A stretch of 64,000 nt of DNA from Phycisphaerae bacterium (lineage in GTDB: Bacteria; Planctomycetota; Phycisphaerae; Phycisphaerales; UBA1924). Below the pieces are notes generated by a model. It did no database searches and was not told the DNA's origin. It saw nothing but the letters and a program-made list of their open reading frames with translations. The translations under genes and the position numbers were made by a program. Position 1 is the first letter of the stretch. Each line of letters begins with the position of its first letter. This document shows positions 18,352 through 26,514 of this stretch, piece by piece. The DNA is taken from contig JAUHXM010000003.1 in NCBI GenBank assembly GCA_030426605.1, positions 9,406 through 73,405 on the forward strand, written 5' to 3'.

Positions 18352-19340
18352 GGGGTTGCCTCCTCGGCGCGTGCCTGCGCCGCCTGATCAGCGTGTTCCG
18401 GCGCGGGGCGCCGATCGTCGAGCGTGTCGCCGACGCGGACGGCGTGGGTCTCGCCGTCGATGATGAAGATGGCCCGCTCGCCCGAGCCCGTCTCGAAGGT
18501 CGCGTTGAGCACACGCCCTCCGGGGACGACGACCCGGCGTTCGCCCGAGCGTTGATTCAGCATGAGCGCCTCGACCCGCACCCCCTCGATAAGCCCGGTG
18601 ACACGCCACTCGGCGTACCCCGGCAGCGGGTCGGACGGGGGCGGTGATGGCTCCTCCGCGACGGCCAACTCGGCCCCGAACGGGTTCGCATGCAACACCG
18701 CCGCGAGGTCGGCGAGCGTGGCCTCGTTGGGCATCGCGAGCGCAGGCAACCCGTCGATGCCGCGCGGGATTGTGTCCATCCGCAGCGACGCGAGATCGAC
18801 GCGCAGCTCGAACCGCGTCCGCTTGCGGTTCGCGGGCTTGATCGTGAAACCCTCGATGCGGTGCACCCAGGGTTGCGCGCGGAGCGTCGCGATGGTTGTC
18901 AGAACGGACTCTAAATCGCCCTCGCCCGCGAGCCACGCGTGCACAACGTGAAAGTCTGGCGCCGACCGCAGGATCGGGCCGAGCCGGCGTCCGGCGCGCC
19001 GAGCCGCGGGGCTCGCCATCGCAACGGGACGACCGTTTCCCGACGAGACCGACCCGAGCCCCGCGTGGTCCGCGACGGCCGCGAGACCGGCTCGGAGGGT
19101 GTGCTCGAACTCGTCGGACGGGCCGGCGATCATCGTGGAACCGAGGGCATCGCGCCGCGCCGCCCACGCCGCACGCCCCGACATGAGTGATTCCGCGTCG
19201 CGGCGCATTTTCTCGGCGCTCTCGATCTCCACGATGAGCGACCGCGCGGGCGCGAGGTAGAACCGCTCGGCGAGCGCCCATGCCGCGAGGGCGAGCACGA
19301 GCGACCCGACAGCCGTGATGGCGAGGCGTGTCCGCGTCAC
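18348..19340 (-). CDS. Bitopic inner-membrane assembly protein, GspM/PilO-like N-half fused to a PilP/GspC-like C-terminal beta domain
   Basis: The N-terminus is a TM helix (LAITAVGSLVLALAAWAL) followed by a coiled segment. The C-terminus (VTGLIEGVRVEALMLNQRSGERRVVVPGGRV...AIFIIDGETHAVRVGDTL) resembles PilP/GspC HR-type beta domains. The call also rests on its position between the gspL-like gene and gspD. GTG at 19340 overlaps the upstream stop (GTGA). Confidence 0.5.
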   Translation of the reverse strand: MTRTRLAITAVGSLVLALAAWALAERFYLAPARSLIVEIESAEKMRRDAESLMSGRAAWAARRDALGSTMIAGPSDEFEHTLRAGLAAVADHAGLGSVSSGNGRPVAMASPAARRAGRRLGPILRSAPDFHVVHAWLAGEGDLESVLTTIATLRAQPWVHRIEGFTIKPANRKRTRFELRVDLASLRMDTIPRGIDGLPALAMPNEATLADLAAVLHANPFGAELAVAEEPSPPPSDPLPGYAEWRVTGLIEGVRVEALMLNQRSGERRVVVPGGRVLNATFETGSGERAIFIIDGETHAVRVGDTLDDRRPAPEHADQAAQARAEEATP

Positions 19341-20785
19341 GGCACCTCCCCGTCCTGCTCGCGGAGCGTCTTGACAAGATCGAACGTGTACCCGTCGCCC
19401 GCGTCCGGGCCTTGGGTGAGCACGTGGAACTCGCCTTCATCGAGGAACGAACGGCGGAGCGCACGCGTACCGGTCGCGTCCTGCGCTTCGCCCGAGACGC
19501 GGAGGGTCGTCTGGGTTTCGCGGGTCCAGACCCCGGGGTAGGCGTTGGTTCCCGGGGCGTAGGTGATGCCGATCCGTGCGTCGCCACGGAGCTCTTCGAG
19601 GGCTGTGCCCGGAACGGACTGGACCGCCTGCGCGACGCTCCGGATCGGGGGCACCCAGGACTCTCCCGCCCGCACCCACTGCTCGGCGTGTGTCAGGCGT
19701 GCATCCCGCGCGTAATACTGGCCGAGCTGCGCGACGGACTCCGTCGCGCTCGCCTCGGCACGGTCGAGCCTCGCTTGCAGTCGCGAGAGGTGGATCGAGC
19801 CGGCCAGGATCGAACCGCCGACCAACGCGACGAGCGCCAAGAGCGCGAGCAACGCGAGTTGCCGGCGTTTGGCCCCCACATCCGGCGGCCGGTGCGGCGA
19901 GACAAAATCGATCGCGTCGAGCCCGCGCGCCTGTCTGGCGATGATCCCGGCGAGCGGCGCCGACGCCCGGCGTTCCACGGACGACACCCCGCTTGGCCAG
20001 TCGATCGCGACGGAGGCTTCAGAAGGGCTCAGCCCGAGTTCGAGTTCGCAGGCGCTGGAGATGCCTTCGGTCAGCTGGTCCGAACCGAGCACGACGATCC
20101 GCGAGGGCTCCGTGTCGATCCCCGCGGCCCGAGCGCCCATGAGCGTGCGTTTGACCTCGACGGCGGTGCGCGCCGAGACACGGTCGAGCGCGCTCAGCTC
20201 GGGGTCGCCGATGCCGATCTCGGAGTCGATCGAGCGAGCGAAGACGGGGACACCATCGATCGCGAGGACGATCTCGGTCGTGCGGTCGCCGGGTGCCACG
20301 ACCACGGCGTGCCCGTTCCCCCCAAACACGGCCGCGCCCGCGGCGACCATCTCAGCACCCACGAGCCTGAGCCTTGACCGGCTGCACGCCTCGCGCACCG
20401 CCTCGATACGCTCGGACGCGGTCGATCCCGCGATCGCGTGGGCGTGCGTGCCGTCTCGGACGAGGAGTGCGTCGTGGACCGAGTCCCCGGTGCGAGGTGT
20501 GGCGTGCCGCTCGATCTGCAGCGTTGCCATCCCGAGCCACTCGCCGGTGGAGGCGAGTTCGGGTGGCACATCGAACCGCTTGAGGATCGTCTCCGAACGC
20601 GGGACGGCGAGCACGACCGGGCAACGCGGGAGCCCGAGACGCTCGATGATCGACGCGATCGAGGCGTCATCGCCGCACGCGGCGCTGTCGCATCGCACCA
20701 CGCGCACGCCCGTGGACGAATCGCGGCCCACGAGCGCCCGGAGTTCTCCCTGGTCCAACAGGATGACGCATCGGGTGGCAGCCAT
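19337..20785 (-). CDS. gspL: GspL-like protein (PilM-like cytoplasmic actin-fold domain + TM + PilN-like periplasmic domain)
   Basis: The architecture is a ~290-aa cytoplasmic domain, a TM helix (LALLALLALVALVGGSILAGSI) and a ~170-aa periplasmic domain. It lies between gspK and the gspM-like gene. ATG at 20785 (MAATRCVILLD) overlaps the gspK stop by 1 nt. The track start at 20812 was rejected. Confidence 0.6.
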   Translation of the reverse strand: MAATRCVILLDQGELRALVGRDSSTGVRVVRCDSAACGDDASIASIIERLGLPRCPVVLAVPRSETILKRFDVPPELASTGEWLGMATLQIERHATPRTGDSVHDALLVRDGTHAHAIAGSTASERIEAVREACSRSRLRLVGAEMVAAGAAVFGGNGHAVVVAPGDRTTEIVLAIDGVPVFARSIDSEIGIGDPELSALDRVSARTAVEVKRTLMGARAAGIDTEPSRIVVLGSDQLTEGISSACELELGLSPSEASVAIDWPSGVSSVERRASAPLAGIIARQARGLDAIDFVSPHRPPDVGAKRRQLALLALLALVALVGGSILAGSIHLSRLQARLDRAEASATESVAQLGQYYARDARLTHAEQWVRAGESWVPPIRSVAQAVQSVPGTALEELRGDARIGITYAPGTNAYPGVWTRETQTTLRVSGEAQDATGTRALRRSFLDEGEFHVLTQGPDAGDGYTFDLVKTLREQDGEVP

Positions 20786-22170
20786 CAGCCCGCACCCCCT
20801 ACCGAAAACCAACGCCCGATTCGGGGCGTAACGTCACGCGACTCTTGCGATTCGTCGCTTGTAGGGGGTTCGGCCGCGGCGCCCTGCGTCGCACGCGGGC
20901 GTGCCCCGGCCGTCTCCGCGAGCGTATTCGGATCTGTCTCCGGCGGTGCGGTGTGCGCCTCGACCTGTGCCCACGCCGATTCGGACGTCACATCCCGGAT
21001 CGACGCCACACGAGGCGGGCTCTCGCTCGCGTCGATCACGACCTCCCACTCGACGCGGCTGGAGAGCCGATCGGTTCGGGCGTTATCGCGCAGCTCCGCC
21101 GCAGAAAGCGTGTCGTCGTCGCCCGCGAGGGCGAACCCGGCACGGACGCGGACGCGCACCTGCAGCGACCGGTTCGTGAGCCACGGGATCGCTTCCTGGA
21201 ATGCTTCCTGGGATAACGCGGCGAACTCGACCGGCCACGTGAGCGTTCGCCGCGTCTCTTCGCCGAGCCGCGATCGTGTGCTGACGATCGTGCGTGCGGC
21301 GTCGGCCGAGATCCCGGGGACCGCGGCAAGGACGACCTCGGGAGCGGAGAGCAGATCGACGCGTCCGATCGCGATGGCATCGTCCTCGAAGCACACGACG
21401 TCGAGCAGTGTTGCCCATGAATCCTGTGGCACTCCATGCTCGACGCATGCCGCGATGAGTGAGGAACGGGAATCAATGGCGCCCGCCTCAAGCGCCTGGC
21501 GCACCGCGTCTGCCGCCTCGATCGAGAGGGTGTCGTCCAGTACGGACAACAGAGCCTCCTGTTGTTTCAGGATGTTGATCCGTGGCTCGCCCGCGTACTC
21601 GGGACCCGCGACGCCGGATTGGATCTCCGGCTCGCACGAGCCAACGCAGAGCGACTCGGCGACCGCTACGAGATCGACGTCGCAGCGGGCCGCCGCCTCG
21701 GCAACCGACGCGAACGGGCCGCGCGCGCGTTCCGAGATGATCGAAGCCGCGCCCGACGTGCCAAGCCCTTCGAGCGCCCCGAGCATGCTCTCGTCCGCGC
21801 TGTTCATGTTCAGGCACGCCGCGGTGGGATGCAGCACGGTGGCGCTCTGCGAGAACGTGTCGTCCGATTCATCCGCGACCAGCTGAACGACAGCGAACTC
21901 GCCCGCCGCTGTCGTGAACAGCTCGGTGCGTTGCGTGAGCGTTGGTACCTCGCCGGCAATCATCTGATTGCGCTGCTCAGCGAGCTCGTCGATCACGATC
22001 TGCACGCCCGACCACGCGATTGCCTCCGAGGCTTGGCGGCGGTCCGATGCATCCGCATGCACGCGGGTTGCACCGCCGAGCGAGACAATCGACAAGGCCA
22101 CGAGGGCCGACATCGTCACGACCATCAGGACCGCGAGGATCACCAAGCCGGCGCGTGCTTCGGGCATCAC
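20785..22170 (-). CDS. gspK: GspK-like minor pseudopilin (large, no Glu5)
   Basis: The N-terminus is hydrophobic and lacks Glu5 (MMPEARAGLVILAVLMVVTMSAL). It has an LNMNSADESML motif resembling the GspK INVNTA..LL motif, and HhH-like segments. GTG at 22170 or ATG at 22167 both overlap the gspJ stop. Confidence 0.65.
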   Translation of the reverse strand: MMPEARAGLVILAVLMVVTMSALVALSIVSLGGATRVHADASDRRQASEAIAWSGVQIVIDELAEQRNQMIAGEVPTLTQRTELFTTAAGEFAVVQLVADESDDTFSQSATVLHPTAACLNMNSADESMLGALEGLGTSGAASIISERARGPFASVAEAAARCDVDLVAVAESLCVGSCEPEIQSGVAGPEYAGEPRINILKQQEALLSVLDDTLSIEAADAVRQALEAGAIDSRSSLIAACVEHGVPQDSWATLLDVVCFEDDAIAIGRVDLLSAPEVVLAAVPGISADAARTIVSTRSRLGEETRRTLTWPVEFAALSQEAFQEAIPWLTNRSLQVRVRVRAGFALAGDDDTLSAAELRDNARTDRLSSRVEWEVVIDASESPPRVASIRDVTSESAWAQVEAHTAPPETDPNTLAETAGARPRATQGAAAEPPTSDESQESRDVTPRIGRWFSVGGAG

Positions 22171-22784
22171 GCACCTCCATCGGCGTCGGTGATCGCGATG
22201 ACGCGCCGGCGGTCGGGCTCGCGCTCGGGGTACGCGGGTTCTGCGCTGGCAACGTCGCTCTCGCCGGTCGGCTGGACGCCGAACCAGACGGAAAGCTCGA
22301 CCGCACGCGGCAACTGCCCGGCTGATCCTGAGTCGAACGTATCACGCCAGGCGCCTCCGTCGTGATACCGCAGGCGGGCGCGGGCGTTGCTCGCGATCGG
22401 ATGCTCCGCTGTGCCGTTCGTGCCGAACGCCGGCCCCCACCGGGCGGCGATCGTGCGCGCGTCCGCGTCCGCGGCAAGCTCAAACCGGGCGACATCGCCT
22501 GCCGCGTCCCGGCCGAGCGACGCTGTCCGCGTGAGCACGGCGACGCGATCGGCGTCGCCAGCGATGCCCGCGCCGATCGTCGGCACCTCGACCATCGTTG
22601 TCCGCAGCGCCGTCGCGAGCCGGTCGATCGCGACGCTGACATCACGCTGGCGGGCGGTCCGCTCGCCGACCCACTCCGCGCGCAGCCGCATGGTGTTCAT
22701 CGACCCGACCATGAGCGCGACGAGCAACGCCAGCAGCGCGAGGGCCGCGAGGACCTCGATGATCGTGAACCCCGGGCGGCGCAT
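22167..22784 (-). CDS. gspJ: GspJ-like minor pseudopilin
   Basis: It has a prepilin N-terminus MRRPG|FTIIEVLAALALLALL and occupies the operon position after gspI. ATG at 22784 overlaps the gspI stop by 1 nt. The upstream 54 codons of the track ORF were rejected. Confidence 0.65.
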   Translation of the reverse strand: MRRPGFTIIEVLAALALLALLVALMVGSMNTMRLRAEWVGERTARQRDVSVAIDRLATALRTTMVEVPTIGAGIAGDADRVAVLTRTASLGRDAAGDVARFELAADADARTIAARWGPAFGTNGTAEHPIASNARARLRYHDGGAWRDTFDSGSAGQLPRAVELSVWFGVQPTGESDVASAEPAYPEREPDRRRVIAITDADGGA

Positions 22785-23188
22785 CACGGCTGCCCCCCCA
22801 TCGCGGTGCGCGGCGTCCCCAGACGGACAAGCTGGCGGGCGACGTACACGGGCCTGTCGGACGACGACCCGGCGCGTCGGGCCTCGACGATCACGAGCGT
22901 CAGCCCGGCGTGCTCGGTGCGCTGCGTGTCGATGCGGACGTCCCACGCGCGTTCCGAATCGTCACGCTCGCCGGTTCCCGAGGAGTTGTTCAGCGACTCT
23001 GGCGTTTCGATGCCCGCGTCGATGAGCGCCATGGCGGACCACGCCGCGTCTGCGGCACGCGTCCGATCGTCGGCGCGGACGATCGTGTCCGTCGTGCGCC
23101 CGATCGCGGCACCGATGGCCAGCATTCCCGCAACGAGCACCGCGAGGGACAGGAGGATCTCCAACAGCAACACCGCGCGGCGCGTCAT
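22784..23188 (-). CDS. gspI: GspI-like minor pseudopilin (non-canonical leader)
   Basis: It begins MTRRAVLLLEILLSLAVLVAG, which has Glu at +5 if cleaved after Ala. It is small (134 aa) and lies between the gspH-like and gspJ-like genes. ATG at 23188 overlaps the gspH stop (ATGA). Confidence 0.55.
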   Translation of the reverse strand: MTRRAVLLLEILLSLAVLVAGMLAIGAAIGRTTDTIVRADDRTRAADAAWSAMALIDAGIETPESLNNSSGTGERDDSERAWDVRIDTQRTEHAGLTLVIVEARRAGSSSDRPVYVARQLVRLGTPRTAMGGQP

Positions 23189-23766
23189 CTGGAGCCCCCC
23201 ACGGACCCGGACGGCGCCTCGAGAACCCTCCCGGTCCACGCGTCGATCGTGATGAACGCGGTGCCGCGTGGGGTTGCCAGTTCAATCGAGCCGGCGTTCG
23301 CGAACGTGCCGTCCGGCAACGCCCAGCCGAGCACGATCTCACCCGCGTCATCGTCCGAGGCACGCGGCGCGCCGAACGCCTCCGGCTCCGTCACGCGGTC
23401 GTCGGCGCTCGGGGCGCGCACGGCGCACGCCGCGGGGAGTTCACCTAGCGGGCGCCGGGGGGGCTTGGTGCCTGATGTCGATTCTGACGCCGCCTGCGGC
23501 TCGCTGACCAGTCGTTGGACTGTCCCACCGACCGCGAGCACTCGAACGGGCTCTCCGACGAGGCTCGCTTCGGCCTGCGCCCGAACGACCGCGGCGGTGA
23601 TCCGCGCGCGGGCTTCGATCGCGGCGCGCCGGTCCAGGCGCGGCCCGATCGCGGGCATCACCATCGCGGCGATCACCACCAGCAGCGCGAGCACGATGGC
23701 GACCTCGAGCAGGCTGAAGCCCGACCGCCCGGCGCACCGTCCCCACTTGCCGCGCTTTCCGTCCAC
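23185..23766 (-). CDS. gspH: GspH-like pseudopilin
   Basis: It has the prepilin motif RSG|FSLLEVAIVLALLVVIAAM. I prefer the GTG at 23766 with GGAGG 5 nt upstream. The track start at 23787 is a TTG. Confidence 0.65.
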   Translation of the reverse strand: MDGKRGKWGRCAGRSGFSLLEVAIVLALLVVIAAMVMPAIGPRLDRRAAIEARARITAAVVRAQAEASLVGEPVRVLAVGGTVQRLVSEPQAASESTSGTKPPRRPLGELPAACAVRAPSADDRVTEPEAFGAPRASDDDAGEIVLGWALPDGTFANAGSIELATPRGTAFITIDAWTGRVLEAPSGSVGGSR

Positions 23767-23811
23767 TGGAACCTCCGGCCCTTCCAAACAACCCGAACTG
23801 TGACGCCCGGG

Positions 23812-24342
23812 TCAGGGCCCGTCGCTGGGGACGAGATCGCCCCCGAGATCACTCTCGTCCTCGCCGGACCCCGAACCGCTCGCGCGGATGTCGTCGTCCG
23901 TCCCGTCCTCGCCGTCGGGCCCGTATGACCAGAGGTCGTACGGCGCCACGGCGGCCGTGTTCTCTTCTTCGCCCGAGTCGAAGTCCTCGACTTGCTGGGC
24001 GTACCCCCACTCATTGCCCCACACATCGGTCGGGATCGGCTTGGTGAGGTACGTCGCCCACAGCGAGCCGTCGGCCTCGCTGTCGAGCTTCTCCTTGTCC
24101 CACAGCACGGCGAGCCCTTCGTCGTCCGTCGGGTAGCGCCGGTAGTCAAGCCGGAACGCATCGAGCGCGTCGCCGAGCGTGCTGATATTGATCTGGGTCG
24201 CCTGGACGTCCGCCTGGTCGCGCCGCGCGAAGAGGCTGACGCTGACGAAGCCGGCGATCATCACGATGATCGCGAGCACGATGAGCACTTCGATGAGGGT
24301 GAAGGCGCCGCGGGCACGCGCGGGAGGGGTCAGAGCGGTCAT
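23812..24342 (-). CDS. gspG: Major pseudopilin GspG with acidic C-terminal extension
   Basis: It reads ARGA|FTLIEVLIVLAIIVMIAGF, then QINISTLGDALDAFRLDYRRYPTDDEGLAVLW...PTDVWGNEWGY...WSYGPDGEDGTDDDI, which is the GspG pattern. AGGTGA lies 7 nt upstream of ATG 24342. Confidence 0.85.
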   Translation of the reverse strand: MTALTPPARARGAFTLIEVLIVLAIIVMIAGFVSVSLFARRDQADVQATQINISTLGDALDAFRLDYRRYPTDDEGLAVLWDKEKLDSEADGSLWATYLTKPIPTDVWGNEWGYAQQVEDFDSGEEENTAAVAPYDLWSYGPDGEDGTDDDIRASGSGSGEDESDLGGDLVPSDGP

Positions 24343-24447
24343 CGTGTCGTCACCTGCCGATTCCGTTCGAGGCGCGCCCGGGAGGGCAGCGTCTGGTCCT
24401 GAAGATGGGGGGTGGCAGGGGTCCGGTTCCCCCGCCCAACCTAGTAC

Positions 24448-24476
24448 ACACTAATCAAACCCGCCGCGCGGTGCAA
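24448..24476 (-). promoter_or_regulatory. Candidate sigma70-like promoter for gspG-to-gspD
   Basis: The minus strand reads TTGCAC (24476..24471), a 17-nt spacer, then TAGTGT (24453..24448). It sits in the only AT-richer patch of the 198-nt gspF-gspG gap, about 100 nt upstream of the gspG ATG. This is motif-level only. Confidence 0.25.
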
Positions 24477-24540
24477 CAGGGAAGGCAGCGTACCGCGCCC
24501 ACGCCCGCAAACCAAGGGGGCACAGGGTGTTAGACTCGCA

Positions 24541-25731
24541 TTACCCCGCCGCGTCGCTGAGTTGAACGAGGGGCAGGATCAGCCCGATCGCCAGAATCGC
24601 GATGATAACCGCGAGGGCGACCAGCAGGCAGGGCTCGAGAAGGCGGACGAGGGTCGCCAACAGGCGGTCCACGCGGGCCTCGATGGTGTCGGCCGTCCGC
24701 AGGAGGACCTCATCCACGTTCCCGGCAGACTCACCCACGGCGATCATCTCGACCACATCGTCATCGAACAGCCCGGACTGCCCCAGAGGCTCGGCGAGCG
24801 ACTTGCCCGCCCGGACGGCGTCCGTCGCGTCCGAGATCGCCTCTTCCATCCGCACGTTGCCCGCGGCGCTCTTCGCGATCGTGAGGGCGCTGAGCAGGGG
24901 GACGCCGTTGCCCTCCATCGTGCCAAGCATGCGGCAGAACCGGGCCGCTGCGAGCGAGCGGATGAGCGGGCCGATCAGCGGCGCGCACGTGAGCCAGACG
25001 TTCACCTGACGGCGTGCTTCCTCGCGGCGCGTCCACCACCAAAGCGCGCCCAAACCCAATGCGATCAGCGTGAACGTCACGAGCCCGTAGCGCGTCAGCG
25101 CGTCCGCGACGCCCAGCACGACGTGCGTGAGGAACGGGAGTTCGTCAAGGCGCTCGAACTCGCCCCGGAACTTGGGGACGAAGAACGTGAAAAGCGCGAT
25201 CAGAATCAACCCGCCGAGCCCGACGAGAAACGCCGGGTACGTCAACGCGCCGAGCACGCGCCCGCGCAGCTCGGCCTGGCGGATGACGAACTGCGCGAGC
25301 CGCTCGAAGACTTGCTCGAGGAAGGCTCCGCGCTCGCCGGCCCGCACCATCGCGACGTGAATCGGCGGGAAGAACCCGTTCTGCGCGTCCATCGCGTCGG
25401 CGAGGTCCGCCCCGTCCGACACGCGCTCACGCAGATCGCCGTAGACCGCCCCCAATCGCTCCGATCCGCGATTGTGCGACAGGATCTCCAACGACCGCAT
25501 CAGCGGCACGCCCGCCGCGACGAGGTCCGCGAGCTGCTGGTAGCTCGCGCCGAGCTTGCGAGCGGAGACGCCGCGGCGGGATGCGCCGCGGGCCCGCTGC
25601 TCGGAGATCGACACCGGGGTGAGCCGGCGTGCTTCGAGCTCCGCGGTGATCGCCCCGGCCGACGCGCCCGCCAGCGTCCCGGACACGCGCGTGCCCGCCG
25701 CATCGATCGCGATGTACTCGAACGTCGCCAC
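24541..25731 (-). CDS. gspF: Type II secretion inner-membrane platform protein GspF
   Basis: The product is 396 aa, begins MATFEYIAIDAAGTRVSG, and has duplicated GspF/PilC-type domains with three TM segments. The start codon is GTG at 25731. Confidence 0.9.
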   Translation of the reverse strand: MATFEYIAIDAAGTRVSGTLAGASAGAITAELEARRLTPVSISEQRARGASRRGVSARKLGASYQQLADLVAAGVPLMRSLEILSHNRGSERLGAVYGDLRERVSDGADLADAMDAQNGFFPPIHVAMVRAGERGAFLEQVFERLAQFVIRQAELRGRVLGALTYPAFLVGLGGLILIALFTFFVPKFRGEFERLDELPFLTHVVLGVADALTRYGLVTFTLIALGLGALWWWTRREEARRQVNVWLTCAPLIGPLIRSLAAARFCRMLGTMEGNGVPLLSALTIAKSAAGNVRMEEAISDATDAVRAGKSLAEPLGQSGLFDDDVVEMIAVGESAGNVDEVLLRTADTIEARVDRLLATLVRLLEPCLLVALAVIIAILAIGLILPLVQLSDAAG

Positions 25732-25746
25732 AGCGATCCCCAGCGA

Positions 25747-26433
25747 TCAGCCGCCCGGAGAGGCCGGGATGCTCCCCGTGTGCTCTTCGCGGCCCAGCAG
25801 GTGATCGATCGCGACGGTCACCCGGGGATCGTCGGGCGCGACGCGCGGCTCGAACCGCTCGACCACATGCCCGCTCTCGTCGATCAGGAACTTCGTAAAG
25901 TTCCATCTCGGCTCGCCGCCCAGGGGCTCGGGGAGTTCTTCGAGCTGCTTGTACAGCGGGTGCTTGTTCTCGCCCGTGACCACGATCTTCTCGAACATGG
26001 GGAACGTCACGCCGTACTCGAGCGAGCAGAACTGGGCGATCTCCTCGTTCGTGCCGGGCTCCTGCCCGCGGAAGTCGTTGGCCGGGAAGCCGATCACAAC
26101 GAACCCCTCGTCCTTGTACCGCTGGTAGAGCTCCTCGAGGGCTTCGTACTGCGGAGTCAGCCCGCACTTGCTGGCGACGTTGACCATCAGCACAACCTTA
26201 CCGCGGTAGATCTCGAGTTCTTCCGGCTCGCCGTCGATGCGGTTCATCACGTAGTGGAGCACGTCCGCCGGGTGATGGTCGGCCTGCTCAGAGCGGATCA
26301 CGGGCTGTGCTTCGGCGGCGACACCCGCAGCCTCTGGCTCGCGGTCGCTCATCGAGATGACCAAGATCGGGACCAGCGACGCGATCAGCACAGACGTGGT
26401 CGCGGCGTTCCCCTTGGCGCAGCAGCACTTCAT
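25747..26433 (-). CDS. Glutathione peroxidase family protein (secreted or membrane-anchored)
   Basis: It contains VVLMVNVASKCGLTPQY...GFPANDFRGQEPG...WNFTKFLID. ATG at 26433 has AGGAG upstream and gives a hydrophobic N-terminus (MKCCCAKGNAATTSVLIASLVPILVI). The upstream part of the track ORF (to 26700) was rejected. Confidence 0.9.
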   Translation of the reverse strand: MKCCCAKGNAATTSVLIASLVPILVISMSDREPEAAGVAAEAQPVIRSEQADHHPADVLHYVMNRIDGEPEELEIYRGKVVLMVNVASKCGLTPQYEALEELYQRYKDEGFVVIGFPANDFRGQEPGTNEEIAQFCSLEYGVTFPMFEKIVVTGENKHPLYKQLEELPEPLGGEPRWNFTKFLIDESGHVVERFEPRVAPDDPRVTVAIDHLLGREEHTGSIPASPGG

Positions 26434-26514
26434 AGGCGGGCTCCTTCTGGTGCATCCTACCGGCGGGGACGCCGCGAACCGAGGGGCGTGCCGGTTGATT
26501 CCTACAGTTCGTGC

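Noticed and set aside
8281-18387. Several very long plus-strand ORFs: 8281..10449, 10622..11833, 12454..14274, 15509..17635, 16630..18387, 12023..13009, 14620..15459.
   Set aside because: All lie antisense to the secretin gene. Their translations are Arg/Pro/Asp/His- or Ser/Thr/Ala-rich low-complexity strings with no motifs, which is typical shadow ORF behaviour in ~70% GC DNA. The minus-strand frame has clear domain signatures along its whole length.
24562-26514. First 651 codons of the 920-aa plus-strand ORF 24562..27324.
   Set aside because: This part is antisense to gspF and gpx and has Arg/Asp/Pro-rich junk composition. Only the last 269 codons, from ATG 26515, carry a recognisable PTPS domain.
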